DNA of 62,718 bases from Novosphingobium sp. (GCA_029247785.1 JAQWKP010000377.1:1-62718), one strand, 5' to 3'. Positions 29,193 to 41,447 are shown, counted from the first letter of the stretch. Notes: generated from the sequence alone by a model not told the origin. Made by a program: numbers and translations.

Positions 29193-30182
29193 CTAGCTTG
29201 CTCGCAAATGGCGGGTAATGAAGTCTGCCTGCTCCTGCTGCAGTTCCCGGTCTTCAGGTGCGGCGCCGTAAAAGCCGACATGACCCATGGCTTCGCCGAC
29301 ATGAAGATCGGCGGGGATATCGGCCCGGAGCAGGGCGCGGTGCATCATCACGGTATTCGAAAGGAACAGGTCGCGGGTTCCGGTGGTCAGCATCGTCGGC
29401 GGAAAGCCCTTGCTGAAATCGCCGTAGAGCGGTGAGAGATAGGGGTCTTTGAGGTCATGGCCGTCGGCGTAAAGCGCTATCGACTTGGTGAGTCGGCCCA
29501 GCACGGAATCGATCCCGAGATTGGTCTCGAAGCTATCGCCGGATTCGGTGAGGTCAGCTTCCGGCGAATGCAGCATGCACGCGGCTGGCATCGTCAGGCC
29601 TTCGTCCCGCGCCTTGAGCATGCAAGAGACCGCCATGCCACCGCCGGCCGAGGGGCCGTAGATGGCGATGCTATTGGCGGCATAGCGCTCGAGCACGAAA
29701 CGGTAAGCTTCGACCGAATCCTCAAGGCCCGCTGGGAAGGGTGATTTGGGCGGCATGCGATAATCGATCGAAAAGGCCCTCAGCCCGGTCAGTTGAGCCA
29801 GGGGGAATGCAGCATAGGCCGCCGCGACGCCGCTACCCACAGTGAATCCCCCACCATGCATGACATAAAGGGCCTTGTCGGCCAGGTCAGCGGAGAGATT
29901 CTGCGGTTCAATCTCGTAGAGCGTTGAGTTCGAGAGGCGATGCTCGGTCACTTTCGGTGCGGTTGCAGGGTCAATCCCCTGCGCCAGCGCGTGCGTGAGC
30001 ATCTCGTTGCGTTCGCGGGTGTGCTCTTCCCAGGCGGCCTTGTCAGACGGATCAGGCTCGACCTCCGCGCCATAAGGGCTGGGCATAGCCAGCATCGCCT
30101 GTGCTTCCGGGCTCACCGATGTCGGTATCGGAATGACCCTTGCAGGGACCACAAGGCCCTTGGCGAGTTGTTCGTCACTCAT
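29193..30182 (-). CDS. HSL-family (family IV) esterase/hydrolase
   Basis: HGGGF, DYRMPP, GPSAGG, GTRD, MGH. Confidence 0.9.
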   Translation of the reverse strand: MSDEQLAKGLVVPARVIPIPTSVSPEAQAMLAMPSPYGAEVEPDPSDKAAWEEHTRERNEMLTHALAQGIDPATAPKVTEHRLSNSTLYEIEPQNLSADLADKALYVMHGGGFTVGSGVAAAYAAFPLAQLTGLRAFSIDYRMPPKSPFPAGLEDSVEAYRFVLERYAANSIAIYGPSAGGGMAVSCMLKARDEGLTMPAACMLHSPEADLTESGDSFETNLGIDSVLGRLTKSIALYADGHDLKDPYLSPLYGDFSKGFPPTMLTTGTRDLFLSNTVMMHRALLRADIPADLHVGEAMGHVGFYGAAPEDRELQQEQADFITRHLRAS

Positions 30183-30186
30183 CTTC

Positions 30187-32526
30187 TCACTCCTGCGGTA
30201 AGGCATAGGCGACGACACTATCGCCGATATCCGTGCCCAGCATCATGTGGCCACCCGCAGCGACCACGACATATTGTCGGCCTGTCTTCCCAGAGACGTA
30301 GCTTATCGGAGCTGCCTGTCCGCCTGCCGGTAACCTCCCGCGCCACAATTCGGCGCCGGTGCTGGTGTCGAATGCGCGCAGGTAATTGTCGATCGAAGCG
30401 CCGATGAACAAGAGGCCGCCGGCCGTTGCTACCGAACCGGCGATGTTGGGCGCGCCCGGTACGGCTATCCCGAGCGGGGCCTGGTCGGCGCTTGTGCCGA
30501 AGGGATGCTGCCAGGCAATTGTGCGAGTCTCGAGGTCAATTGCAGTCAACTTGCCCCAGGGCGGCGCATTGCACGGAATGCCGAGGGGCGAGAGCAATAC
30601 TTTGGCATTGGCGGCATAGGGCGTGTCGCGTTGCGGCGAAAAATCGGCTCTGGCGGGCGGACCCTTGCCCGGACCGGGATAGGGCGTGAGCTGGTTGGTC
30701 ATCGCCAAGTGTGACGAGTTCACGAACATCGTCTTGCCGCTATTGCCAATGGTGACGCTGCCCCAGTTCATGATGCCGTAATTGCCGGGATATTGGAGTG
30801 TCAGCATGGTCGAAGGTGGCGTGTAGCGTCCTTCATAATGGGCCGAACGGAAGCGGATGCGGCACAGTAATTGGTCGAGAGGTGTTGCGCCCCACATGTC
30901 CTTTTCCCGCAGCGGCGTGGGATCGAACGGGGAGGCGAAGCCGGTCGAGCTCGGCTGGGTCGGCGAATAGAGCTCCGATGCCATGCTGCCCTTGGGCGCC
31001 GGGAGTTCCTTGACTTCGGTGAGCGGTTTGCCTGATCGGCGGTCGAGAATGAAGATATCGCCCTGCTTGGTCGGCTGCGCCAGTGCAGGCATCGTGGTTC
31101 CGTTCGGCATCGGCAGGTCGAACAGGACTGGCTGGGCAGGGACATCATAGTCCCACAGATCGTTATGAACCGTCTGGAAATGCCAGCGCCGCTTGCCGGT
31201 CCGACTGTCAAGCGCGACGACTGCACTTGTATAGCGCTTCTCCAGCTCTGTGCGGTTTACGCTGACATAGTCCGGGCTGACATTGCCGGTGGGGACATAG
31301 ACCAGCCCCAGTTCGGGATCGGCGCTCATCACCGTCCAGCTATTGGCCGTGCCGCGAGAATATTCCTCGCCGGGAGCGATGATCCGGTTCTCGTCCTCGG
31401 CGCTGGGGTCCCATGCCCAGGCAAGTGCGCCGGTGGACACATCATAGCCACGAATGACGCCCGACGGACTCTTCCTCTCGACGCCGTCGAAAACGAAGCT
31501 GCCAACCACGGCAACGCCATTGGCGATCGCGGGAGGAGAGGTCACGATGTAGCCACCGTCCGGCACTTCACCGAGGCCCTCGGTTAGGCGGACCGCGCCG
31601 TCTGTTCCGAAATACTCGCAGGGTTTCCCGGTATTCGCATCCAGCGCCATCAGCCGGGCATCAAGCGTGGCATAGATAATCCGTTTCGCGCAGGTCTCAT
31701 CGCTGCTGGAAGTCTCGACATAGGAAACGCCCCGGCAGGTGAGTACGCCCGGCCGCTTGAGGTCGAGCTTGGGATCGTAGCGCCATCGCTTTATGCCGCT
31801 ATCGGCATCGGCGGCGATGACAAGATTATGTGGCGTGCAGATATAGACCAGCTCGCCGACCTTCAGCGGCGTGGCCTGGAAAGTGTGAGCGCCGCGTTGT
31901 TTCGGAAAGGCCGAGGGGAGGTCGCCTGTATTCAGGGTCCAGGCGACTTCCAGCGAAGCGACATTATCCGGCGTGATTTGCGCGGCTTGCGCATAGCGCG
32001 TGCCGGCCTGGGATTGGCCGAATGCCGTCCAGTCCTCGGCTGGGGCCGCTGCAACCGGTCCGGCAAGTTCGCCGCCTTGAAAGGGCGGCAGGCGGATAAT
32101 CCAGATCAGGAAAGCGATGGCAGCGAGGTCTGCCATCAATACGCAGGCCCATGCGAATTTGTGATCGTCTGAGTGCATGAACTGCCGATGGATCACAACC
32201 AATGCAGCGAGGGCGGTGGGGCCGCCGAGCCTTGGCACCAGCTGCCAGAAATCTGCACCTACCTCTCCAAACGCCCAGATGCAGGTCGCGATAAAGACGA
32301 GGAGATAGACGATCATGCCCCATAGCGCGCGGCCGACGAGATATAACCATGCAGCCAAGATGCAGCCGATGCCGGCGATGGCGTAATAGGCAGAGCCGCC
32401 CAACCACAGCAGCCAGGCACCGCCCCCGGCCAACCACAAGCCGACCAGCCCCAGCAGCGCTCCGATAGCTATCACACCCCATCCGCGTTTGCTACCAGCT
32501 GTGTCCATGCTCGATCTGGCTTCCAT
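30187..32526 (-). CDS. Membrane-bound PQQ-dependent dehydrogenase (glucose/quinate/shikimate family)
   Basis: Five N-terminal TM helices; CRGVSY, FQTVHNDLWDYDVPAQP, PCNAPPWG, QYVVVAAGGH. Confidence 0.93.
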   Translation of the reverse strand: MEARSSMDTAGSKRGWGVIAIGALLGLVGLWLAGGGAWLLWLGGSAYYAIAGIGCILAAWLYLVGRALWGMIVYLLVFIATCIWAFGEVGADFWQLVPRLGGPTALAALVVIHRQFMHSDDHKFAWACVLMADLAAIAFLIWIIRLPPFQGGELAGPVAAAPAEDWTAFGQSQAGTRYAQAAQITPDNVASLEVAWTLNTGDLPSAFPKQRGAHTFQATPLKVGELVYICTPHNLVIAADADSGIKRWRYDPKLDLKRPGVLTCRGVSYVETSSSDETCAKRIIYATLDARLMALDANTGKPCEYFGTDGAVRLTEGLGEVPDGGYIVTSPPAIANGVAVVGSFVFDGVERKSPSGVIRGYDVSTGALAWAWDPSAEDENRIIAPGEEYSRGTANSWTVMSADPELGLVYVPTGNVSPDYVSVNRTELEKRYTSAVVALDSRTGKRRWHFQTVHNDLWDYDVPAQPVLFDLPMPNGTTMPALAQPTKQGDIFILDRRSGKPLTEVKELPAPKGSMASELYSPTQPSSTGFASPFDPTPLREKDMWGATPLDQLLCRIRFRSAHYEGRYTPPSTMLTLQYPGNYGIMNWGSVTIGNSGKTMFVNSSHLAMTNQLTPYPGPGKGPPARADFSPQRDTPYAANAKVLLSPLGIPCNAPPWGKLTAIDLETRTIAWQHPFGTSADQAPLGIAVPGAPNIAGSVATAGGLLFIGASIDNYLRAFDTSTGAELWRGRLPAGGQAAPISYVSGKTGRQYVVVAAGGHMMLGTDIGDSVVAYALPQE

Positions 32527-32672
32527 CACACCCCTAGCAGTCACGATGGCTTATGCCATTTGTATCGTCTCACAATAGGTATCACAGATCTCGCGCGCAG
32601 GAAGCCCTGCCATTTCAGCGCCATATTGCGCTGCCCGCAGGGGAGCGGCGATATGAACGGTGGGATGAAAAG

Positions 32673-32748
<76 letters not shown>

Positions 32749-32840
32749 ACACGATGGCTTAACGGCGGCTTACGGTTGGCCGAATCGCCGGGAGCGGTCG
32801 ATATAGCGATTGGGGCGGCGAGTTAAAGGCATATTATCGA

Positions 32841-33953
32841 TCATCCGATCCCGGTTGATCGGGTTTGCCAACGGTCCGCTGCAAGCAGGGTGCCGAAGCA
32901 AATCATGACGGTCATCATTGAGGACCCGCCATGGCTCATGAATGGCAGTGGAATGCCCACCACTGGCGCCAGGCCCATTACCATCATCAGGTTGACTGCA
33001 ATGTAAAAGAAGATCGTGGCGGTCATGCCGGCCGCGAGCAGTCGGCTGAAGCGGTCCTTGCCGTTGCTGGCAACTCTCATGCCCCAACGCAGGATCAGGC
33101 CGAAGACGATCAGGACAAATAATCCACCGATCATACCCCATTCCTCGGCCATCGTTGCGAAGACGAAGTCGGTATGGGCTTCTGGGAGATATTCAAGATG
33201 GCTTTGCGAACCATTTCCGAAGCCCTTGCCGAAAATGCCCCCCGACCCGATCGCGATCTTGGATTGAGTGATGTGATAGCCCGCTCCCAGCGGATCGCTT
33301 TCAGGATCGAGAAATGTCGTCACACGGTTGCGCTGGTAATCGTGGAGCAGGGCGAAGAAAGCGAGCGGCGCGGCAATCGCTGCGGCACCAGCGGCTCCGA
33401 GGAACCAGCGCAGCGGAAGTCCGGCAAGAAACATCACCACGACCCCGCCGAAAACGATTGCGAGCGAGGTGCCAAGATCAGGCTGCAGCAGGACAAGCCC
33501 CACGGGCACGCCGATTAACGCTCCCGCCGGAAGCAATCCTCGCCAACTTGCCGTCATCGCCGCCGGTAATGTGTCGTAGAATCGGGCAAGAACCAGCACG
33601 ATAGTCGGCTTCATCAGTTCGGACGGCTGCAAGGTCATGAAACCAAGAGAGAGCCAGCGCTGGCTGCCGCCGCCAATCGCGCCCAGCATCTCCACCAGCA
33701 GCAGCAGTACGAGCACGCCGCCAAAGGCGGGATAGGCCATGAATTTGTACACTTGTTGCGGGATGCGCGCCATCACCAGCGCCATCGCGAGGAAAAGTGC
33801 GAAGCGAATGAGATGGGAGGTCGCATAGGGCTGCATGTTCCCGCCAGCCGCCGAATAGAGAACCGCGCAACCAAACAGCACCAGCGCAACGAGTGGCGCG
33901 ATAACATGCCAGGGTTGGCGAGCGACGGGCTCGGGAATGAATGACGGGCTCAC
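32841..33953 (-). CDS. rodA: Rod shape-determining protein RodA
   Basis: QPSELMK, QPDLGT, PEAHTDF, GIPLPF.S.GGSS; mre operon context. Confidence 0.96.
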   Translation of the reverse strand: MSPSFIPEPVARQPWHVIAPLVALVLFGCAVLYSAAGGNMQPYATSHLIRFALFLAMALVMARIPQQVYKFMAYPAFGGVLVLLLLVEMLGAIGGGSQRWLSLGFMTLQPSELMKPTIVLVLARFYDTLPAAMTASWRGLLPAGALIGVPVGLVLLQPDLGTSLAIVFGGVVVMFLAGLPLRWFLGAAGAAAIAAPLAFFALLHDYQRNRVTTFLDPESDPLGAGYHITQSKIAIGSGGIFGKGFGNGSQSHLEYLPEAHTDFVFATMAEEWGMIGGLFVLIVFGLILRWGMRVASNGKDRFSRLLAAGMTATIFFYIAVNLMMVMGLAPVVGIPLPFMSHGGSSMMTVMICFGTLLAADRWQTRSTGIG

Positions 33954-36049
33954 TGGCCCGACTCCGGGGCTGAGGATGGTGTTGTGGCCGGGGCAGGGGG
34001 CGGTACGGAAACTGGAGTTGCTGGGTCCGGCGGAAGTGGGACAACGGGCTCCGGCGGCGGTGTGCGGGGCCCTTCAACAATCGGCTGGGCTGTTTCCTGC
34101 TGAGTCTCTTCCTCTTCGCGCGCCTTTTTCTTTTCCTCATCGGCTGTGACCTTGGGCGCGCTGTCGCCAAATGCCGCGGTGTAAGCGCGGTATTTCACGT
34201 CGAGCCGTTGTTGTGCGGTGCCGCCCCAGACTTTCTCATAGCCGTGCAATACTTCCAGCGCCTTGGCTGGGTCGAACAGGAAGGTCATCACGTCGCGCGC
34301 AACCGGGTAGGCTGCTGAGGAACCGCCGCCGTGCTCAATGACGACTGCACAAGCGTAGCGCGGCTTGTCGAACGGGGCGAAGCAGACGAAATGGCCGTGA
34401 TCGCGGTATTTCCATGGGCCGCCTTTGCCGCTGCTGACATTGAGCCCAACGACCTGTGCGGTGCCGGTCTTTCCTGCCAGCTTGACGTCTTCAAGCGGCA
34501 GGCGTGCGCGCCCGGCGGTGCCTGGGCCATTGACCACATCCGACATTGCCTGGTGCACGAAGTCGAGGTGATCCTGAGGGAAATCAAGCGAGGATGCCTC
34601 GGGCGCGCTGGGATTGAGTAGCAGGCGTGGCATCACCATCTTGCCGCTTGCAATGCGGGCAGTCATGACTGCTTGCTGCAGCGGATTGACCAGCATGTAG
34701 CCCTGGCCGATAGTCGCGTTGGCAGTATCGAAGGTCTGCCATTCCCGATCATATTTGCGCAGCTTCCATTCTGGATCGGGAACGGTGCCATAGGACTGCC
34801 CGAGAACGGGAAGTTCGAATTCCTGCCCGAGTCCCAGGCGCCGGGCCATCGCCGCGATCTTCTCCATGCCAATCTTCTGGGCGAAGTAGTAAAAATAGAC
34901 GTCGCAGCTCTGATAGATGGCCTTTGCCATATTGACCGAGCCGTGTCCGCCCCGGTTCCAGCAATGGAACACACGGTTGCCGACGCGCAGGCCTCCGCCG
35001 CAGCCGACTGATTCCTCCGGATCGAGCCCCGCTTCAAGGAAAGCCAGAGCGACCATCGGCTTGACCGTGGAGCCCGGCGGATAAAGGCCGCGCAGCACCT
35101 TGTTGCGCAATGGAACGTGATCGTCGTCCGACAGCATCTTCCATTCGATGCGACCGATGCCATCGGAGAAGCTGTTGGGATCGAAGCTGGGCATGGACGA
35201 CATCGCCAGCAAATCTCCGCTGTTGCAGTCCATGACGACGACTGAGCCCGATTCCGGTCCGAGCCGCCTTGCCGCATAATCCTGGAGCTGGCTGTCGATG
35301 GTGAGGCGTACGGGTTTGCCTGGAACATCATCGCGTGTGTCGAGATCGCGAACGATTCGCCCGCTGGCTGTGACTTCCACGCGCCGCGCTCCCGGCTTAC
35401 CGCGCAGAGTCATCTCGAATTGCTTTTCCAGTCCGTCCTTGCCGATTTTGTAGCCGGGCGTGATCAGCAGCGGATTGCGCTCCTTCCCGAAGTCCTCCGC
35501 CGACGCTGTGCCGACATGGCCAATCAGATGCCCAACCGAAGGACCTGTCGGGTATAGTCGCGAGAAGCCGCGCTGGGTAATAACTCCCGGTAATTCGGGC
35601 AGGCGGACACTGACGGCCGCATAGCGTTCGATATCGACCCCGCTGGCGACTTCGACGGGTGCAAATCCGTTCGAACGTTCGATCTTGTCGGTCAGATCGC
35701 GCAAGTCGACCGCAGTCAGCTGGAGGATTTCGCCCAGCCGAGTTATCGTGTGCGCGCCGTCGGACATCCGGTCCGGGATGATGTCGATGCGGTAATCGGC
35801 CCGGTTTGAGGCGAGCGGGATGCCGTTGCGATCAAGCAGCCATCCGCGCCGGGGCGGAATCAGTGAGAGATTGACCCGGTTGCTTTCCGATTCGAGTTGG
35901 TACTTCGCGTTCTGGGCGACCGCGAGATAGCCAAGGCGTCCGGCGAGAAGCAGGCCGAGCCCGCCCTGAACGCCAGCCACCACCAGGGAGCGTCGGTCGA
36001 AACTGTTGCGAAGGGTGCCGATGCTGACATGGCGCTTGCCTAGCGACAT
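33950..36049 (-). CDS. mrdA: Penicillin-binding protein 2
   Basis: YPPGSTVK (SxxK), SCDVYFY, KTGTAQV. Confidence 0.96.
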   Translation of the reverse strand: MSLGKRHVSIGTLRNSFDRRSLVVAGVQGGLGLLLAGRLGYLAVAQNAKYQLESESNRVNLSLIPPRRGWLLDRNGIPLASNRADYRIDIIPDRMSDGAHTITRLGEILQLTAVDLRDLTDKIERSNGFAPVEVASGVDIERYAAVSVRLPELPGVITQRGFSRLYPTGPSVGHLIGHVGTASAEDFGKERNPLLITPGYKIGKDGLEKQFEMTLRGKPGARRVEVTASGRIVRDLDTRDDVPGKPVRLTIDSQLQDYAARRLGPESGSVVVMDCNSGDLLAMSSMPSFDPNSFSDGIGRIEWKMLSDDDHVPLRNKVLRGLYPPGSTVKPMVALAFLEAGLDPEESVGCGGGLRVGNRVFHCWNRGGHGSVNMAKAIYQSCDVYFYYFAQKIGMEKIAAMARRLGLGQEFELPVLGQSYGTVPDPEWKLRKYDREWQTFDTANATIGQGYMLVNPLQQAVMTARIASGKMVMPRLLLNPSAPEASSLDFPQDHLDFVHQAMSDVVNGPGTAGRARLPLEDVKLAGKTGTAQVVGLNVSSGKGGPWKYRDHGHFVCFAPFDKPRYACAVVIEHGGGSSAAYPVARDVMTFLFDPAKALEVLHGYEKVWGGTAQQRLDVKYRAYTAAFGDSAPKVTADEEKKKAREEEETQQETAQPIVEGPRTPPPEPVVPLPPDPATPVSVPPPAPATTPSSAPESGQ

Positions 36050-36606
36050 CAGCGTATTTCCATGAAATGGATCAGCCTCAACCTGTCGAGCCATGCGACC
36101 AGCCGGTCAACCAAGGGATAACAGAGAATGGAAAGGGCAATCTGGGGCACAACGACCTGTAACGCAGTTGAGCCACCCGCCAGATTGGCGAGCAGCAGGC
36201 AGACCAGGATATAGGACGCAATCAAGCCTGCCGCCAGCAGCCATTCCGTGGAGAAATTGCGCCAGGGCAGCCTTGCCTCCACATAGTCGAGCGCAATTGC
36301 TGCGGCCGACCACAGCATCATCGCGCTGCCCAGAGGCTGGCCACTGTAGAGATCGTCGATAAATCCGAGTGGAAGGCCGGCCCATATCGGGAGCAGGCCA
36401 GGACGCAGTTGCCGCCAGGAGATGAACACAAGAAATGCCAGGGGTGGTAGTACCGGGGCGGAAGAAATCGCTATCCAGGTAGGCAACAGGGTTGCGAGGA
36501 TCACGCTGAACCAGGGTACGCTGCGGGCAAGCGGCGGCCACGGCTGGCGGTTGATGCGTGGCTGCTTGTTCCGTCCCATCGCGGCGAAGATTTCCGTAAG
36601 ACCCAT
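36049..36606 (-). CDS. mreD: Rod shape-determining protein MreD
   Basis: Hydrophobic protein with GFIDDLYSGQPLG, lying between mreC and mrdA. Confidence 0.9.
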   Translation of the reverse strand: MGLTEIFAAMGRNKQPRINRQPWPPLARSVPWFSVILATLLPTWIAISSAPVLPPLAFLVFISWRQLRPGLLPIWAGLPLGFIDDLYSGQPLGSAMMLWSAAAIALDYVEARLPWRNFSTEWLLAAGLIASYILVCLLLANLAGGSTALQVVVPQIALSILCYPLVDRLVAWLDRLRLIHFMEIR

Positions 36607-37493
36607 CAATCAGTCGATCCTGGCAGTTCATCTTCGGAGGCTGGGTTCGCCTCAGGTGCCCAGACCGGCTCGACGATGACATATTCCGTAGCTGCAGGAT
36701 CGCTCAGCACTGCGGCGATGGCGCCGTCCGAGATGATCCTTTCGGCGATCGCAATGGCTGTGCCGGGTCGGTAAAGCCCGCCCGAACCCGATGTAACGAA
36801 GACATCGCCCTGTTTGATAGGGTTGACCCCGAGATTGATCAGCCTGACCTGCACCGTCCCATCGCCGCGCCCCTGGGCGAAGGCGGCTATGCCGTCCTTG
36901 GCTCGGCGTACTGGAACCAGGCTCTCGGTGTCGGTCACCAGCAGAACCTTGGCGCTGCTCGTGCCCGCCTGAAGGACACGCCCGACCAACCCGCGAACCG
37001 AGCGGACCGGCATGCCGGGAGCGACCCCATCATTCCTACCCGCCCCGATCGCTGCGAAGCGCCGTGTGCTGGTTGCGGTTGAGCTGGTAAAGCGGGTTAC
37101 GGCCACCGGTTCCGGGCCATTTTGAGCAAGGCCGAGCAGCCGTTTCAGCCTTCGGTTCTCATCGGCAGTGGCATCGGCCTCGGCAATGCGTGTCTTCGCT
37201 TCTGCGAGTTCACGCTCGAGTTTTCCGTAGTTGCGGGCGGCCTTGATATAGCCAGCAACAGTGGAAAAAGTGTTTTGCCCTGCCGCGCGGCCGCTTGCGA
37301 CCGCTGTGCCCGGCGGCTCGGCGGCGTCCGCAGCGATTCCGCGAATGCCCGAAAGGATTTGGGGCTGAAATATTGAAAGGATCAGCAGGCCGCTGCCCAG
37401 GACAAAACCAGCCACGCCGGCCAGATAACCGAAAAAGGTTCTGTATTGCGCCCTGCGGGAGTGACCGGAGCGCCGAATTGATGACGGCGCCAT
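36606..37493 (-). CDS. mreC: Rod shape-determining protein MreC
   Basis: TM helix plus coiled coil (ENRRLKRLL), GLVGRV, VTSGSGG. Confidence 0.93.
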   Translation of the reverse strand: MAPSSIRRSGHSRRAQYRTFFGYLAGVAGFVLGSGLLILSIFQPQILSGIRGIAADAAEPPGTAVASGRAAGQNTFSTVAGYIKAARNYGKLERELAEAKTRIAEADATADENRRLKRLLGLAQNGPEPVAVTRFTSSTATSTRRFAAIGAGRNDGVAPGMPVRSVRGLVGRVLQAGTSSAKVLLVTDTESLVPVRRAKDGIAAFAQGRGDGTVQVRLINLGVNPIKQGDVFVTSGSGGLYRPGTAIAIAERIISDGAIAAVLSDPAATEYVIVEPVWAPEANPASEDELPGSTD

Positions 37494-37557
37494 GCTGTTC
37501 CTTCTCCCATCCGAGCAGCTCCCTGGCAGGCAGGTCGAACTGCGAATTGCAAATTGC

Positions 37558-38631
<1,074 letters not shown>

Positions 38632-38791
38632 TTAGCGCTCTGACAGCGAGAAGTGATAACCGGCACGTGACAATGAAAGGCGGGTCCTTAGCCCAAGCAG
38701 CTGCAAAACGCCAAAATTTTATGCCAAATTCTGCACTGATAATCGTATTCCCGGCTCGAAATTCGGTCAAGCTGACGCTAGCTTGCGCGTC

Positions 38792-40594
38792 ATGCCTGAA
38801 ATCCGCCGCCTGCCAGAAGATCTCATCAACCGAATCGCCGCTGGCGAAGTGGTGGAGCGGCCTGCGTCTGCGCTCAAGGAATTGGTCGAAAATGCGATCG
38901 ATGCAGGGGCCAGTTCGATCGCAGTACGGCTTGGCACGGGCGGGCTCGATCTGATTGAGGTGAGCGACGACGGCTGCGGCATGAGCGTAGAGGAAATCGC
39001 CTTGTCGCTGGAGCGCCACGCGACATCAAAATTGCCCGATGAACAGATCGAACAGGTCGCCACGCTGGGCTTCAGAGGAGAGGCGCTGCCTTCGATTGCC
39101 AGCGTCGCCCGCCTGACCATCGAGAGCCGGGTTCGCAGCGCTTCGGAAGGCTGGCGGCGCGTCGTCGATCACGGCCAGGTGACAGACGATGGTCCTGCAG
39201 GTCTGCCGCCCGGAAGCCACATCCGCGTTGAACAGCTGTTTGGCAAGGTCCCGGCGCGCCGCAAATTCCTGCGCAGCGCGCGTTCCGAATATGCCGCTTG
39301 TCTCGATATCGTCCGCCGCCTTGCCATGGCGCGGCCCGAAGTGGGCTTCACGCTCGAGCATGACGGCAGGCGCACGCTTGCAGTGCAGCCCGGCGAGGAG
39401 CTGGCAACACGGGTCTCGCGCTTGATTGCCCGCGAACTTGCCGAGGACGGTGTCGTGATCGATGTTGAGCGTGGCCCTGCAAGGCTGACTGGGGTCGCTG
39501 GTCTGCCAACTTTCAATCGCGGCGTCGCCGATCACCAATATCTCTTCGTCAATGGTCGCCCGGTACGGGACAAGCTGCTGATCGGCGCGGTTCGCGGTGC
39601 CTATTCCGACATGTTGGCACGGGGCCGCCACGCGGTTCTGGCGCTGTTCCTTGAGCTTCCGCCGAGCGAACTCGACGTCAATGTCCATCCGGCAAAGACC
39701 GAGGTGCGCTTCCGCGATCCGGCCTTCATTCGCGGCTTCATCGTCGGCGGCTTGCGGCACGCGCTGGAGGCGCAAGGCCAGCGCAGCGCGCAGGCACCAG
39801 CGGCCTCGGCGATGGGCAAGTGGCAAAGCGATCTAGTTGACGAGCGCACGCCAACATCGTCGCTGCAATCGTTATTCGCCCGTCAGCACAGTGAACCGCA
39901 AGCGCGCGTGAGTGAGGGAGGTAAAGTTTGGCGCAGCTATGAGCAGGACCTGATGCTGAAGCCAGAGGCACGGGCTGAAGAGGCCGAAGCCCTGTCGGGG
40001 GATGCGGCGCAATATCCGCTTGGTGTGGCGCGTGGGCAGGTGGCCGAAACCTATATCATCGCCGAGGCAGAAGACGGGTTGGTCATTGTTGATCAGCATG
40101 CCGCCCATGAGCGGCTTGTGCTAGAGCGCCTCAAGGCGGCCGGTGCAGGGGAGACTGGCGCGCGCAGCCAGGCACTGCTGTTGCCAGAAGTGGTCGAACT
40201 CGAGGAGCCTGCCTGCGACCGGCTTGAGGAGCGAGCAAAACAACTGGGCACGCTTGGTCTTGTCATCGAGCGGTTCGGTCCGGCGGCAATGCTGGTGCGA
40301 TCGGTCCCTGCAGCGCTGGCCGGCGGCAATGTCCATGCCCTGGTGCAGGATATCGCTGACGATCTCGCCGCAAATGGTGAAGCGCTGCTGCTCGGCGAAA
40401 GGCTCGACCATGTGCTGGCGACGATGGCCTGCCACGGATCGGTCAGGGCAGGGCGTACGCTATCCGTCGTTGAAATGAATGCGCTGCTGCGCGAGATGGA
40501 AGTTACTCCCCGATCGGGCCAGTGCAATCATGGCCGTCCGACCTGGGTCAAGCTTGCCCATGGCGATATCGAGAAACTGTTTGGGCGAAAGTGA
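38792..40594 (+). CDS. mutL: DNA mismatch repair endonuclease MutL
   Basis: IAAGEVVERP, GFRGEAL, DQHAAHER, CHGS, CNHGRP. Confidence 0.97.
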   Translation: MPEIRRLPEDLINRIAAGEVVERPASALKELVENAIDAGASSIAVRLGTGGLDLIEVSDDGCGMSVEEIALSLERHATSKLPDEQIEQVATLGFRGEALPSIASVARLTIESRVRSASEGWRRVVDHGQVTDDGPAGLPPGSHIRVEQLFGKVPARRKFLRSARSEYAACLDIVRRLAMARPEVGFTLEHDGRRTLAVQPGEELATRVSRLIARELAEDGVVIDVERGPARLTGVAGLPTFNRGVADHQYLFVNGRPVRDKLLIGAVRGAYSDMLARGRHAVLALFLELPPSELDVNVHPAKTEVRFRDPAFIRGFIVGGLRHALEAQGQRSAQAPAASAMGKWQSDLVDERTPTSSLQSLFARQHSEPQARVSEGGKVWRSYEQDLMLKPEARAEEAEALSGDAAQYPLGVARGQVAETYIIAEAEDGLVIVDQHAAHERLVLERLKAAGAGETGARSQALLLPEVVELEEPACDRLEERAKQLGTLGLVIERFGPAAMLVRSVPAALAGGNVHALVQDIADDLAANGEALLLGERLDHVLATMACHGSVRAGRTLSVVEMNALLREMEVTPRSGQCNHGRPTWVKLAHGDIEKLFGRK

Positions 40595-40622
40595 CGCGGC
40601 GGTCCATCGCCGCTGTTCATGC

Positions 40623-41351
40623 TTACCCTTTCAGGCTCCAGCCGCCTTCCACGCGGAGCGCTTGTCCGGTCGTGTAGGAGCCGCGCATCAGATAGAGATA
40701 AGCCTCAGCCGCCTCATCCGGAGTGCCAACGCGCGGTAACAGTTGCTTGGAGAGGCGCGCTTCCTGGAATTTGCGGAACTCGGGCGGGACATTGTCGAAG
40801 GCTTCGGTCAGGATTGCGCCCGGGCATACCGCGTTGACGCGGATCGGCGCGAGTTCGACGGCGAGGCCCAGTACCAGATGCTCGACCGCACCGGCCATCG
40901 CGGCAGCTGTTGCCATGCCCTTGTCGGGTCGGTGAGCGGCCATGCCGTTGGTCAGGGTGATAGATCCGCCGGGCGGCACGCATTTCGCGCCGTGTTTTGC
41001 CACCGCCAATGCGCCCCAGAAGCGCACTTCGAACAATTCCGCCGCTGCCTTGAGGTCGGTTTGCGAAAATTCGGTCTGCTCAACCGGGCCCCAGTCGGCT
41101 GCGGTGAATACAATGTGGTCGAATGAGCCGGAGCTTGCGAAGAATGCTTCGATTGCGGCTTCGTCGGTCACGTCGAGCGTGGCGCTTTCTCCCCCGCCGA
41201 GGCGATCGAGCGCACCGCGCAGTTTTTCCTCGCTGGTTGAGGCGATCGTAACTCGCGCACCCTCGGAAAGCGCCGCGCTGGCGATTGCGAAGCCTATCCC
41301 CGATGAGCCGCCAATGATGAGTATCCGCTTGTCTTTTAGGACCTTGCCCAT
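40623..41351 (-). CDS. SDR oxidoreductase (no canonical YxxxK)
   Basis: GGSSGIG, RVNAVCPG, TGQ.L.VEGG. Confidence 0.85.
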   Translation of the reverse strand: MGKVLKDKRILIIGGSSGIGFAIASAALSEGARVTIASTSEEKLRGALDRLGGGESATLDVTDEAAIEAFFASSGSFDHIVFTAADWGPVEQTEFSQTDLKAAAELFEVRFWGALAVAKHGAKCVPPGGSITLTNGMAAHRPDKGMATAAAMAGAVEHLVLGLAVELAPIRVNAVCPGAILTEAFDNVPPEFRKFQEARLSKQLLPRVGTPDEAAEAYLYLMRGSYTTGQALRVEGGWSLKG

Positions 41352-41447
41352 TGTACTTCCCCAGAGCTGCCTCGACTAAACCACTTAGCGCCTGACAGGC
41401 AAAGCCGGAACTGACATAATCGCGCGAAACACTTGGGAGAGGTGGAC

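Noticed and set aside
33950-34140. Pro/Glu-rich C-terminal tail of PBP2
   Set aside because: Ordinary low-complexity tail, in frame
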